Assembly: GCA_002269645.1 (NCBI GenBank)
Contig: NIVC01000936.1
Location: 124,001 to 188,000, forward strand
Source: Macrostomum lignano
Lineage: Eukaryota
Direction: 5' to 3'
DNA length: 64,000 bases
Shown here: positions 16,083 to 29,569 of the stretch, one piece after another
How the letters are laid out: the number at the start of each line of letters is the position of its first letter
Position numbering within the stretch: position 1 is the stretch's first letter
Program-made: the position numbers and the translations under genes
The notes under the pieces: generated by a model
Told to the model about the DNA's origin: nothing
The model's database searches: none
What the model saw: only the letters and a program-made list of their open reading frames with translations

Positions 16083-16733
16083 CCCGGAAAAGCCCAGATA
16101 GGAGGAAACGCAGATCGATCCGGCCACATCTGGCGAATAATCTCCCGTGTACATGAGGCTCTCGCCGCCGAACCCGGCTCCGGCCAGGGGGTCCCGGTCG
16201 TGCCGAGTCTGTATCTGGGCGGTAAACCGGCTCCCATCGCCGCTTCCGGTTCCGCTTCCTGTTGCGGTTCTCATTCTCAGCCGGCGCATCGCGTCCGTGA
16301 CCGCCGCCGCGGCCACCAAGTTGCCGGCGCTGCCGCCGCCGCCACCGCTGCCAACGTCGGCATCGTCCGATTCGTCGAAGGCGTCAACAATTTGAGGTGG
16401 CGGCGAAGGCGGAAGCTGCTGCTGCTGATGGTGCTGACGACCTCCGCCATGGCGCCGGCCTCGCCGAGCGACGTGACGGCGCCGACCCTGCGCCAGGTCC
16501 TCGAGCCGGTCCTGCTCCTGGATGGCGAACTCTTCGCTAGTGTTCAGCTCGATTGGCGCGCCGGCGGCAGCTGCGGTGGAGGCCTCGCCGGAGTCGCCCT
16601 GCTCAGACTCTGACTCGGATTCGAACTCTCCCTCCTCAGCCTCTTCTTCATCCGCGTCATCCTCGGTCGCTTCGTCAAATTCGTCGTTTCCACGACGAAT
16701 AATATTATCACTGACGTCTGGCAGTTCGGCCAT
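16083..16733 (-). CDS. MAP3K4: MAP3K4 probable first coding exon (acidic, low complexity)
   Basis: ATG at 16733 with an in-frame stop upstream, GGG|GTGAGG donor at 16083 (alternative at 16027), 651 nt. Its link to MAP3K4 is inferred from strand, phase and position. Confidence 0.62.
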
Positions 16734-16884
16734 GAATAAAAACAGATCAGCATCTGCTTAAATACTAGATATTACTATTCGCGTTTGCCTACTGATAGTA
16801 GCAACCTAAGAATTTGCAGTAGTACTTTAACCCCACAATTCTCTGGCTAGCGGCTATAGACTGGTTACCCTCTGACTTAAACTA

Positions 16885-17197
16885 GAAGCTTCACAAACCC
16901 AAAACTTGACGAACGAGAAACTTCACAAACTAGAAACTTTATAAACTAAAAACTTCACAAACTTGAAACTTCACAAACTTGAAACTTCACAAACTTGAAA
17001 CTTCATAAACATGAAACTTCATAAACTTGAAACTTCATAAACATGAAACTTCACAAACTTGAAACTTCACAAACTTGAAACTTCACAAACTTGAAACTTC
17101 ACAAACTTGAAACTTCACAAACTTGAAACTTCACAAACTTGAAACTTCACAAAATTGAAACTTCATAAACTTGAAACTTCATAAACTTGAAACTTTC
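16885..17197. repeat. 16-bp minisatellite
   Basis: Unit AAACTTCACAAACTTG. Confidence 0.95.
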
Positions 17198-17547
17198 ACA
17201 GAGAACACCAAAAATTACATCTATCCCAAACTTTGTAAAAGGCATTAATCTAAATATCTAAGAAACAAAAATTAAATAAAATCAACTCAAAGGATTCGAA
17301 AATATTTTTGCTTGCACACAAAACTGAAAGCAGTGTATTTTCATTACTAAACAGAAATTTTAAAAGGTGCAACCATTGAAACTCTTTAAGCACAAATACG
17401 AGTACTTTTCCTGTTTCTATTAACAGAATTGGTCAGCTACTGATTTAAAAAAATATGAAAGAAAGACAGGTTCATACACGAATATAATAAGCTCAGTGAA
17501 AGCAAAGATCAGCTTTATTTGGCTGCTGCAATATACAGCTTTAGAGC

Positions 17548-18039
<492 letters not shown>

Positions 18040-18276
18040 TCAAGATTATTGATTATTACTGTTGACATTTGCCTACTGTTAGTAGCAATCAAAGAATTTG
18101 CAGTAGCACTTCAATCCCGAAATCTCTCAAATAGATTAGCTACCCTCCGAGATTCCACTGTGCTCTCCAAATATTATTCATACATAAATAAAGTGCAGCT
18201 TCTTTACGTGTTGAAGTGTTCAATAAAATGGAATATGAGGAAAGTTATAGTAGAGTTGTAATGACAAAGACACTTT

Positions 18277-19600
18277 TCACAAGCTCGAAACTTCACAAAC
18301 TTGAAACTTCACAAACTTGAAACTTCACAAACTTGAAACTTCCCAAGCTCGAAGCTTTACAAACTTGAAACTTCACAAACTTGAAACTTCCCAAGCTCGA
18401 AGCTTCACAAACTGGAAACTCCACAAGCTCGAAGCTTCACAAACTGGAAACTCCACAAGCTCGAAGCTTCACAAACTTGAAACTTCATAAGCTCGAAGCT
18501 TCACAAACTGGAAACTCCACAAGCTCGAAGCTTCACAAACTGGAAACTCCACAAGCTCGAAGCTTTACAAACTTGAAACTTCATAAGCTCGAAGCTTCAC
18601 AAACTCAAAACTTCACAAACTGGAAGCTTCACAAGCTCAAAACTTCACAAACTGGAAACTTCACAAGCTCAAAACTTCACAAACTTGAAACTTCACAAAC
18701 TGGAAGCTTCACAAACTTGAAACTTCACAAACTCGAAATTTTACAAACTGGAAGCTTCACAAGCTCGAAACTTCACAAACTCGAAACTTCACAAACTGGA
18801 AGCTTCACAAACTCGAAACTTCACAAACTGGAAGCTTCACAAAACTCGAAACTTTACAAACTCGAAACTTCACAAGCTCGAAACTTTACAAACTCGAAAC
18901 TTCACAAGCTCGAAACTTTACAAACTGGAAACTTCACAAGCTCAAAACTTCACAAACTTGAAACTTCACAAACTGGAAGCTTCACAAACTTGAAACTTCA
19001 CAAACTCGAAATTTTACAAACTGGAAGCTTCACAAGCTCGAAACTTCACAAACTCGAAACTTCACAAACTGGAAGCTTCACAAACTCGAAACTTCACAAA
19101 CTGGAAGCTTCACAAAACTCGAAACTTCACAAACTTGAAACTTCACAAACTTGAAACTTCACAAACTGGAAGCTTCACAAACTTGAAACTTCACAAACTC
19201 GAAATTTTACAAACTGGAAGCTTCACAAGCTCGAAACTTCACAAACTCGAAACTTCACAAACTGGAAGCTTCACAAACTCGAAACTTCACAAACTGGAAG
19301 CTTCACAAAACTCGAAACTTCACAAACTGGAAGCTTCACAAAACTCGAAACTTCACAAACTTGAAACTTCACAAACTTGAAACTTTACAAACTTGAAACT
19401 TCACAAACTCGAAACTTCACAAACTCAAAACTTCACAAACTGGAAGCTTCACAAACTCGAAACTTCACAAACTCGAAATTTTACAAACTGGAAGCTTCAC
19501 AAGCTCGAAACTTCACAAACTCGAAACTTCACAAACTGGAAGCTTCACAAACTCGAAACTTCACAAACTGGAAGCTTCACAAACTCGAAACTTTCAAAAG
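18277..19600. repeat. 16-bp minisatellite (expanded copy of the 16885-17197 array)
   Basis: Units GAAACTTCACAAACTT and GAAGCTTCACAAACTC. Confidence 0.96.
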
Positions 19601-20064
19601 CTGGAAAAACGGTTAAATCAGACTACAAAAGGGCAGATTTATTAGTTTGGGTAACTACAGGAGGCAATTCTGGGGACATTTCCCTAATATTGTAAAGAAA
19701 CTTGAAGTATTCGCAGAAAACTACCATCAAATACATCTATCTTAAACTTTGTAAAAGCAGTAATCTTAATATCTACACGTAAGAAACAACAAATAAATTT
19801 AATTATGAAATCAACTCAAAGGTTTCGAAATTTATCGCCTACTGTAAGTAGTGTATTTTAGTTACTAAGACAAATTTACAGATTTAAAACGATGCGAGAA
19901 CTGAAATTCTGTGCACGCACAATATTGTACAGTTTCTATTAACATAGTAGGTCCTTTACTGATTAAAAAATATGAAAGAAAAATTTTAATACACGAATAA
20001 ATACAAATAGACGTCAATATACAGCCCTCTAGAGCTAGTTATTGTCACTTTAGAGTTTGTCATT

Positions 20065-21258
20065 CAGTGAGCAGCCGCAACTACCCACTGCCCAATCAGA
20101 TGCTTACATTGGGCAGTTGCAGCTACCCACTGCCCAATCAGATGCTTACAGTGGGTAGCTGCAACTGCCCACTGCCCAATCAGATGCTTACAGTGGGCAG
20201 TTGCAGCTACCCACTGCCCAATCAGATGCTTACAGTGGGCAGTTGCAGCTACCCACTGCCCAATCAAATGCTTACGGTGGGCAGCTGCAACTGCCCACTG
20301 CCCAATCAGATGCTTACAGTGGGTAGCTGCAACTGCCCACTGCCCAATCAGATACTTACAGTGGGCAGTTGCAGCTACCCACTGCCCAATCAGATGCTTA
20401 CAGTGGGCAGTTGCAGCTACCCACTGCCCAATCAGATGCTTACAGTGGGTAGCTGCAACTGCCCACTGCCCAATCAGATGCTTACAGTGGGTAGCAGCAA
20501 CTTCCCACTGCCCAATCAGATGCTTACAGTGGGTAGCTGCAACTGCCCACTGCCCAATCAGATGCTTACAGTGGGTAGCTGCAACTGCTCACTGCCCAAT
20601 CAGATGCTTACAGTGGGTAGCTGCAACTGCCCACTGCCCAATCAGATACTTACAGTGGGCAGTTGCAACTGCCCACTGCCCAATCAGATGCTTACAGTGG
20701 GCAGTTGCAGCTACCCACTGCCCAATCAGATGCTTACAGTGGGCAGTTGCAGCTACCCACTGCCCAATCAGATGCTTACAGTGGGCAGTTGCAGCTACCC
20801 ACTGCCCAATCAGATGCTTACAGTGGGCAGTTGCAGCTACCCACTGCCCAATCAGATGCTTACAGTGGGCAGTTGCAGCTACCCACTGCCCAATCAGATG
20901 CTTACAGTGGGCAGTTGCAGCTACCCACTGCCCAATCAGATGCTTACAGTGGGCAGTTGCAGCTACCCACTGCCCAATCAGATGCTTACAGTGGGCAGTT
21001 GCAGCTACCCACTGCCCAATCAGATGCTTACAGTGGGCAGTTGCAGCTACCCACTGCCCAATCAGATGCTTACAGTGGGCAGTTGCAGCTACCCACTGCC
21101 CAATCAGATGCTTACAGTGGGCAGTTGCAGCTACCCACTGCCCAATCAGATGCTTACAGTGGGCAGCTGCAGCTACCCACTGCCCAATCAGATGCTTACA
21201 GTGGGCAGTTGCAGCTACCCACTGCCCAATCAGATGCTCACAGTGGGCAGCTGCAACA
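20065..21258. repeat. 42-bp minisatellite (about 28 units) with an internal hairpin and CCAATCAG
   Basis: Unit GATGCTTACAGTGGGCAGTTGCAGCTACCCACTGCCCAATCA, with a TGGGCAGT/ACTGCCCA stem. Confidence 0.97.
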
Positions 21259-21385
21259 AAATCATGAAACATCAATTTAAATTATGCTGCAACCAAAAAT
21301 GTAGAAACTAGATTTCAAAACCGAACTGGATAAATAGATCTGAAAAAAAGGTATAATATGAGCCAAAGAGTTCAGTCGGTGAAAT

Positions 21386-21712
21386 TTAGGACACAAAGAC
21401 TGGCAGCACAGACGCGATCGGCCGGTTGCAAATTGGACAAACCCGGCGCTTCAATCTCTGATGGCAGGCATCGCACAGGCAGAAATGATTACACGGCTGC
21501 AGCATAATATTGCGCTCTCTATCCAAGCAGACAACGCACTGGAGCTGCTCGGACACCTCCTTTGTGTCACCGCGGCTTGAAGAGCTGAGGCTGAGACTGG
21601 GGCCTTGAGCCTGCGCTTGGGCCTGGGGCCTGCGAGAGCGCAAATAATAGTACACGCTGGCGCCCACAGATACAACTAGAACAATGGCGCCAACTATGAT
21701 TCTACCTGACAT
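21386..21712 (-). CDS. Small single-exon N-terminal transmembrane + C3HC4 RING protein (108 aa), probable E3 ubiquitin ligase
   Basis: MSGR-IIVGAIVLVVSVGASVYYYL-RSRR, then CVVC...PCNHFCLCDAC...CPIC (IAP/MUL1/RNF26-type RING spacing). The start could be a few codons upstream. Confidence 0.8.
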   Translation of the reverse strand: MSGRIIVGAIVLVVSVGASVYYYLRSRRPQAQAQAQGPSLSLSSSSRGDTKEVSEQLQCVVCLDRERNIMLQPCNHFCLCDACHQRLKRRVCPICNRPIASVLPVFVS

Positions 21713-23116
21713 AGATTGACCATGCATTTTTGTCATAGTACACAATGTATACAATAGTACATAGAAGGTCCAAAGATCTGTTTTGAGATAGTGCCCCAAT
21801 AGCACCCTACACAGTTTGTATATGCTAAGTATATATAGCAATCTAATGCAATTTAAAAATTGGTTGCACACTTTGGTATAATTAAGGCCCTAGAGCTAAC
21901 AGAAATAAAAAAGGGTATTTCCCATTCAATGTGGCTTTCAATTAAGTTTAGTTTAACAAACCATTCTTAGAATAAACCAAGGATAAAATATATTATAAAT
22001 TTTGCAAATATCTATTTGCATTGCCTTATTAACTATATGAATAATCCAAAAGATCAATAATTTTATAAAATAATAGCATGCACACCATGCAACAATTATA
22101 ATGTTAAAATACATATGCATATGGACATGATAAAAACCATTTATTTTTAATATCTACTGGAAGTTATAGATATGTTTTATAACTATTGTAATATTTAAGA
22201 GAAGATTAAAATTATACTTCGGGTATTTTTTAATACTATAAGCCTATATTTAGTACTATAGTCCTTTGGTCTACTTTGAATTTGTCTTATGAACTAAATA
22301 TTTAATGGTAGGGGTGGTAAGTACTTAATATAGCAATTAATAAAATATTCAATGGTTGGTTAATAACTGAATTTATTGTATGACTTTAATACACATATAA
22401 TTGATTTGTTCAGATTCTAAATAAAAGAAAACAATCTATAGTTTTTTACATATGCTAAAGGGGGCACTAGATTAGAATACTAGTTTATTTACTATAAACT
22501 CTTTAAAGAACTCTTTGTGTTATCAAAACATAAATTCAAAGCTTCTAACTACTGACTTCTATATTGATCTTAATAAAAGAAGCAATCAATAGCAAATAAA
22601 AATATATAATATAGAAATGGCTTCTATTTCTATGAAAATGCTGCTCTTTATGCCAAAATATATTTTACTAATTTATTGCTGGCTATATTTACTTTAAACA
22701 TAATAGCAAACAATCTATCCTAGCATGGACCTTAACAGATAAACTGACAATAGACAAGATGACCTATATCCAATTTAGGTTCATAATGATTTTGTTATCT
22801 AGGATATTTATCATTCTAGCCTACCTTGATTTGGGTCAGTCATCATAATTAATTTAGCCTTTATTAGGCCTAACTAAGCTATATCAAATAGTTTCAAATT
22901 ATCATCTACCTGACAAAACATAATTATCTACTATTCCACTAATAGGAAATCCACTAATCCATTAATTTCACTAACATTCTTTATTTTAACAAAAGTCAAA
23001 ATTCAACAATTTATTGATATTATCAATTTAAGACTGCCAAAAGTGTATGAAAAATTGTAATAATAAAAAATATTTACACTTTCTTATAAAGAAAAAGTAT
23101 ATAATTAATGTTAAAA

Positions 23117-23432
23117 TAAGGGGTGTCAAATGTGTCCAGTGTGTTCAATGTCCAACTTTTATACAGACCCAAACTTGATCAATTGACAGGTTTTATCTCA
23201 ATTGGGATAACAAAATGATTAGATCATTAGGATTCCAAGTAAATATGTTTAATTGCCACATTAATTCACTTGGAAGTTGGAACTAATATGATAGGTGGAT
23301 GACAAAATGACTTTCTTCAGGTAGTGCATGCTAATTAAGATGACAAACTAACCCTAGGTCCTAGTTGAGTTGAGCACCCCATACAAAATGGCAGGTGACA
23401 AAATGACTAGGAACCTTTCTGGACACCCCTTA
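23117..23432. mobile_element. Tc1/mariner-type MITE candidate
   Basis: TA-AGGGGTGTC at 23117-23127 and its exact inverse GACACCCCT-TA at 23422-23432. Confidence 0.5.
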
Positions 23433-23983
23433 CATGATGATTAAAAATAAAATCACTATGTATGTATGTATGTACATATGTTGTATTACAATATAAGGCT
23501 ATTTTCCTCCTTATTGCCTTGTCACCATAGTCACCCAACATGAAAAAATGGACTGACCATCAAAAGATTCATAGCCATAGGCAAACATATTTTCAAAACA
23601 GATTTAGTCTATTACTAAAGTGATATGCTTAACTTAATTACTTAAAACAATAAGTTAGCAATTAGCTTAATAAGCTTATTAGCTAGGCTATGTCCTATTG
23701 GAATTCTTGGTACAAATGTAATCTGATAAGGATGCCATGACTTCCAAAAGGCTAATGGTAATGTTTTTTTATGCATGCATGATGATTGTGCCATATTGCC
23801 CATACATTGCATAGTATTAGTAATGGCTAATGTAGTCTGTACTTTGTATTTTTGTAGATTTAGAAACCTTAAGGAATGGGTTTCATCACTCGTTTCTTTA
23901 CTACCAATCAATCTGTACTAATCAGAAAACATACACTATATATAAGAATAAAGTTATTGCAGAAATAATTTTTTTAGATACAA

Positions 23984-26843
23984 CTAGCAATCTTCGCCCC
24001 CCGATGGGGGACATCTAAATAGAATATCTGTTCTCTAAAAGTAACAAAAAGACAGCGAAATAAAGCTTTCACAAAGACAACAGACATTCCATCTGTAAAG
24101 AAAACATCCCCAGACAGCATGCAAGCATCTCCCAGATAGCATGCAAGCATCTCCCAGATAGCACGAATCCCCCAGATATAGCAAGCATCCCCAGACAGCA
24201 CGCAAGCATCCCCCAGATAGCAAGAATCCCCCAGATAGCAAGCATCCCCAGACAGCATGCAAGCATCCCCCAGATAGCAAGCATCTCCCAAATAGCAAGA
24301 ATCGCCCAGATAGCAAGCATCCCCAGACAGCATGCAAGCATCCCCAGACAGCATGCAAGCATCCCCAGACAGCATGCAACCATCCCCCAGATAGCAAGCA
24401 TCCTTGGATACAAAGAACCCTTATAGATAGCTAGCAACCCCCTCTCAGATAGCAAGTACCCTCCACTCCCCAAGAGCAAGCATCCCCCAATAGCAAGTTA
24501 CCCCAGATAGCAAGCATTCTTCCGATAGCAAGCATCCCTCCCCCCAATAGCAAGCATCACTCAGATAGCAAGCATCCCCCTGATAGCAAGTATCCATCCT
24601 TAAATAGCAAGCATCCACCAGACATCAAGTAGCTAGTGCAATAATTTCCTTAGCTTTATAGTGGCTCCATTTTGTTTGGCATGACACTTCTTTTTATGTT
24701 TGACATGGTGGCTCTTCTATGTTTGACATGGACACATGGTGTCTCTTCTATGTTTGACATGGTAGCTCTTTAATGTTTGACATGGAGTCACATATATGTT
24801 TGACATAGTGGCTCTTTAATGATTGACATCGTGGTTCTTTAATGTTTGACATGGTGGCTCTTTAATGTTTGACATGGTGTCTCTGTTATGTTTGACATGG
24901 TGGCTCAGTTGTTCGACATGGTGTCTCTTCTATGTTTGACATGGTGGCTCTTTTGTGTTTGACATTGTGGCTCTTTAATGTTTGACATGGTGGCTCTTCT
25001 ATGTTTGACATGGTAGCACTTTAATCTTCGACATGGTGGCTCTTTAATTTTTGACATTGTGGCTCTTTAATGTTTGATATGGTGGCTCTTTAATGTTTGA
25101 CATGGAGTAATGTATATGCTTGACGTGGTGGTTCTTTTATGGTTGACATAGTGGCTTTTTTATATTTGACATGGCGGCTCTTTTATGTTTGGCATGGTGG
25201 CTCTTTTATGTTCGACATGGTGGCTCAATAATGTTCGACATGGTGGCTCTTTTATGTTTGACATGGTGGCTCTTTTATGTTTGGCATGGTGGCTCTTTAA
25301 TGTATGACATGGTGGCTCAATAATGTTCGACATGGTGGCTCTTTTATGTTTGACATGCTGGCTCTTTAGTGTTTGACATGCTGGCTCTTTAATGTTTGAC
25401 ATGGTGGCTCTTTAATGTTTGGCATGGTGGATCTTTAATGTTTGACATGGAGTAATGTATATGCTTGACGTGGTGGTTCTTTTATGGTTGACATGGTAGC
25501 TTTTTTATGTTTGACATGGCGGCTCTTTTATGTTTGGCATGGTGGCTCTTTTATGTTCGACATGGTGGCTCAATAATGTTCGACATGGTGGCTCTTTAAT
25601 GTTTGAAATGGTAGTTCTTTTATGTTTGATATGGTGGCTCTTTAATGCTTCGACATGGTGGCTCTTTAATGTTCTTAATGGTGTCTGTTTTATGTTTGAC
25701 ATGGTGGCTTTTTAATGTTCGACATGGTGGCTCTTTAATGTTCTTAATGGTAACTCTTTTTTGTTGTTCGAAATGGTGGCTCTTTTATGTTTGACATGGT
25801 GGCTCTTTAATGTTTTACATGGTGGCTCTTTAATGTTTGACATGGTGACTCTTTTATGTTCTACATGGTAGATCTTTTATGTTCGACATGGTGGCTCTTT
25901 AATGTTTGATAAGGTGGCTCTTTAATGTTCGACATGGTGGCTCTTTTAGGTTTGAAATGGTGGCTCTTTAATGTTTGACATGGTGGCTTTTTAATGTTCG
26001 ACATGGTGGCTCTTTAATGTTCTAAATGGTGTCTGTTTTATGTTTAACATGGTGGCTCTTTAATGTTTCGACATGGTGGCTCTTTAATGTTCGACATGGT
26101 GGCTCTTTAATGTTTGATAAGGTGGCTCTTTAATGTTCGACATGGTGGCTCTTTAATGTTCTTAATGGTAACTCTTTTTTGTTCGAAATGGTGGCTCTTT
26201 TATGTTTGACATGGTGGCTCTTGTATGTTTGACATTGCGCTTCTTTTATGTTTAGCAGTTTTTTGTTTTTAAGGTGTTTTAATAAAAAAATCATTTTGCG
26301 CTACCAAGATTTGAACCCAGGTCGCTACATTAGCAGTCCAGTCTGTTCGCATCTAGGCTATCTTTTTTCAATTGGAGCACATGAATTGTGGCCCTTATAA
26401 TTCAATTCTTACAGCAAGTCGGTTAGAGTAAAAATTTATGACATAATCAATTTCTCAGTCAGCCAGTATCAGTCTTAATTTAAGTTAGCAATATGGTTAC
26501 GCAATTTAAATCAAGTCTTGTGTGCGTTTCTGTGGCACTGTTTTCACCTTGTTATGATGTAATCTTTATCAGAATTGAAATTCAGTCAGTCAGGTTTTTC
26601 TCTAGTATTCTTACAATGCATTTCAAGTCGAAAATTTTGCTTGACCTTTGCAAAAAAGCATGTTTTTCGAATATTTAATCCCTTTAACATTGAGCAATTT
26701 CTTAGCCAGGATGCATGTACCATCCCAGAAAAATTTCTGATCGAATGGTGCAAGTTTGAAGAAAATCGGTTGAGCCAATTTTTCTGAAATCTATCGCATA
26801 CCTACCTACCCACATACAGACAACTCATTTTTAGTATATAGGA
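23984..26843 (-). mobile_element. Non-autonomous Helitron, copy 1, carrying about 21-bp (GCAAGCATCCCCAGACAGCAT-type) and about 23-bp (TGTTTGACATGGTGGCTCTTTAA) arrays
   Basis: The minus strand starts TCCTATATACTAAAAATGAG and ends with a CCCCC-ATC-GGGGG hairpin about 10 nt before CTAG|T. These are Helitron terminal signatures. Confidence 0.75.
26297..26360 (-). pseudogene. tRNA-Ser(GCT)-like / SINE-head segment inside Helitron copy 1 (second copy at about 29026-29092)
   Basis: A-box TAGCCTAGATG, anticodon-loop-like GGACTGCTAAT, B-box GGTTCAAATC, then a T7 run. No acceptor stem. Confidence 0.5.
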
Positions 26844-26845
26844 AG

Positions 26846-26986
26846 ACTGAAATACCGGTCAGATCTTAGAGATTTAGTATATTGTGATTTTGGCGAAAAC
26901 GCGATCAAAATCGGTGAAGAATTGCAATCTCTAGAGCGTTATGGACAAACATACAAACAAACCTTAGAGATTTAGTATATTTAGAT
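26846..26986 (-). mobile_element. 5'-end fragment of a second Helitron-like family
   Basis: The minus strand begins A|TCTAAATATACTAAATCTCTAAG. CTTAGAGATTTAGTATAT is repeated at 26865 and 26963. Confidence 0.45.
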
Positions 26987-27008
26987 TTAATGGTTTATAG
27001 CATTAGTA

Positions 27009-29569
27009 CTAGCAATCTTCGCCCCCCAATGGGGGACATCTGGATAGAATATCTGTTCTCTAAAAGTAATAAAAAGACAGCAAAATAAAGCTTTCACAAA
27101 GACAACAGACATTCCATCTAAAAAGAAAACATCCCAAGACAGCAAGCATCTCCCCAGATAGCAACCCTCCCAATATGGCAAGTACCCTCCTCCCTCTTGC
27201 CTCCCAAATATCAAGCATCCCCCGAAAGCAGGCATCCCCACACAGTATGCAAGCATCTCCCAGATAGCAAGCATCCCCAGACAGCATGCAAGCATCTCCC
27301 AGATAGCAAGCATCCCCAGACAGCATGCAAGCATCTTCCAGATAGCAAGAATCCCCCAGATAGCAAGAATCCCCCAGATAGCAAGAATCCCCCAGATAGC
27401 AAGAATCCCCTAGATAGCAAGCATCCCCAGACAGCATGCAAGCATCACACAGATAGCAAGCATCCCCCAGATAAGCAAGAATCCTCCAGATAGCAAGCAT
27501 CCCCAGACAGCATGCAAGCATCTCCCAGATAGCAAGCATGCAAGCATCCCCAGACAGCATGCAAGCATCCCCAGACAGCATGCAAGCATCTCCCAGATAG
27601 CAAGCATGCAAGCATCCCCAGACAGCATGCAAGCATCCCCAGACAGCATGCAAGAATCACCCAGATAGCAAGCATCCCTGCATACAAAGAATCCTTATAG
27701 ATTGCTAGCAGCCCCCTCTTAGATAGCAAGTACCCTCCACTCCCCAAGAGCAGGCATCCCCCAATAGCAAGCATTCTTCCGATAGCAAGCACCCCCCCCC
27801 CAATAGCAATCATCATTCAGATAGCAAATATCCCTCAAATAGCAAGCATCCCTCAGATAGCAAGCATCCCACTGATAGCAATTATCTATCCTTAAATAGC
27901 AATCATCCACCAGACAACAAGTAGCTAGTGAAACAATATCCTTAGCTTTATAGTGGCTCCTTTATGTTTGGCATGACGCTTCTTTTTACATTTGAAATGA
28001 TGTCTCTTTTATGTTTGACATGGTGGCTCTTTACTGTTTGACATAGTGGCTCTATAATGTTTGACATAGAGTCACGTATATGTTTGACATGGAGTCACGT
28101 ATATGTTTTACATAGTAGATATTTTATGTTTGACATGGTGGCTCTTTAATGTTTGACATGGAATTGTGTACCTGTTTGACATGGTGGCTCCTTAATGTTT
28201 GACATGGAGTCACGTACATGCTTGATATGATGGTTCTTTTATGTTTGACAAAGTGGCTCTTGATGTTTGACATGGTGGCTCTTTTATGTTTGAGATGATG
28301 GCTCTTTAATGTTTGACATGGTGGCTTTTCTATGTTCCACATGGTGGCTCTTTAATGTTCAACATGGTGGCTCTTCTATGTTTGACATGGTGGCTCTTTT
28401 ATGTTTGACATGGCACCTGTTTAATGTCTGACATGGTGGCTCTTTTATGTTTGAGATGATGGCTCTTTAATGTTTGACATGGTGGCTTTTCTATGTTCCA
28501 CATGGTGGCTCTTTAATGTTCAACATGGTGGCTCTTCTATGTTTGACATGGTGGCTCTTTTATGTTTGACATGGCACCTGTTTAATGTCTGACATGGTGG
28601 CTCTTTAATGTTCGACATGGAGTCAAACGTATATGCTTGACAGGGTAGATCTTTTATGTTTGACATGGTGGCTCTTTTGTTTCATGTGGTGGCTCTTTTA
28701 GGTTCGACATGGTGGCTCTTTTTTGTTCGACATGGTGGCTCTTTAATGTTCGACATGGTGGCTCTTTAATGTTAGACATGGTGGCTCTTCTATGTTCCAC
28801 ATGGTGGCTCTTAAATGTTCGACATGGTGGCTCTTCTATGTTTGACATGGTGGCTCTTTAATGTTTGACATGGTGGCTCTTCTATGTTTGACATGGTGGC
28901 TCTTCTATGTTTGACATGGTGGCTCTTCTATGTTTGACATGGTGGCTCTTCTATGTTTGACATTGCGCTTGTTTATGTTTAGCAGTTTTGTGTTTTTAAG
29001 ATGTTTTAATAAAAAATTTTTGCACTACTAAAATTTGAACCCAGGTCGCTACATTAGCAGTCAAGTCTGTTCACATCTAGGCTAGGCCCTATCTCTTTTC
29101 AATCGGAGAACATGAACTGTTGCCCTTATATTTCAATACTTTCAACAAGTCGGTTAGAGTAAAAAGTTATGACATAATCAATTTCTCAGTCAGCCTGTAT
29201 CAGTCTCAATTTAAGTTAGCAATATTGGTAACGCAATTTCAATCAAGTCGTGTGTGCATTTCTTCGGCACTGTTTTCAACTTGTTGTGATGCAATCTTTA
29301 TCAGAATTGTAATTCAGTCAGTCAGTTTTTCTCTAGCATTCTTACAATGCATTTCAGATCGAAAGAGCTGCTTGACCTTTGCAAAAAAGCATGTTTTTCG
29401 AATATTTAATCCCTTTAACATTGAGCAATTTTTAGCCAAGATGCATGTACCGTTCCAGGAAAATTTCTGATCGAATGGTGCAAGTTTGAAGAAAATCGGT
29501 TGAGCCAGTTTTTTTAAAATCTATCGCATATATACCTACCGACAGACAACTCATTTTTAGTATATAGGA
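27009..29569 (-). mobile_element. Non-autonomous Helitron, copy 2
   Basis: Same termini and same internal order of unique segments and arrays as 23984-26843, with different array lengths. Confidence 0.75.

Noticed and set aside
20065-21258. Palindromic 42-bp repeats resembling CRISPR direct repeats
   Set aside because: The units are contiguous with no unique spacers, there are no cas genes, and the context is eukaryotic.
18381-21311. Repeat ORFs (KLHKLETSQT, YPLPNQMLTVGSC)
   Set aside because: They are minisatellite translations with non-ATG or repeat-internal starts.
26297-26360. Functional tRNA-Ser gene (also the SINE head at 45560)
   Set aside because: There is no acceptor stem or complete cloverleaf, and both lie inside repeats.
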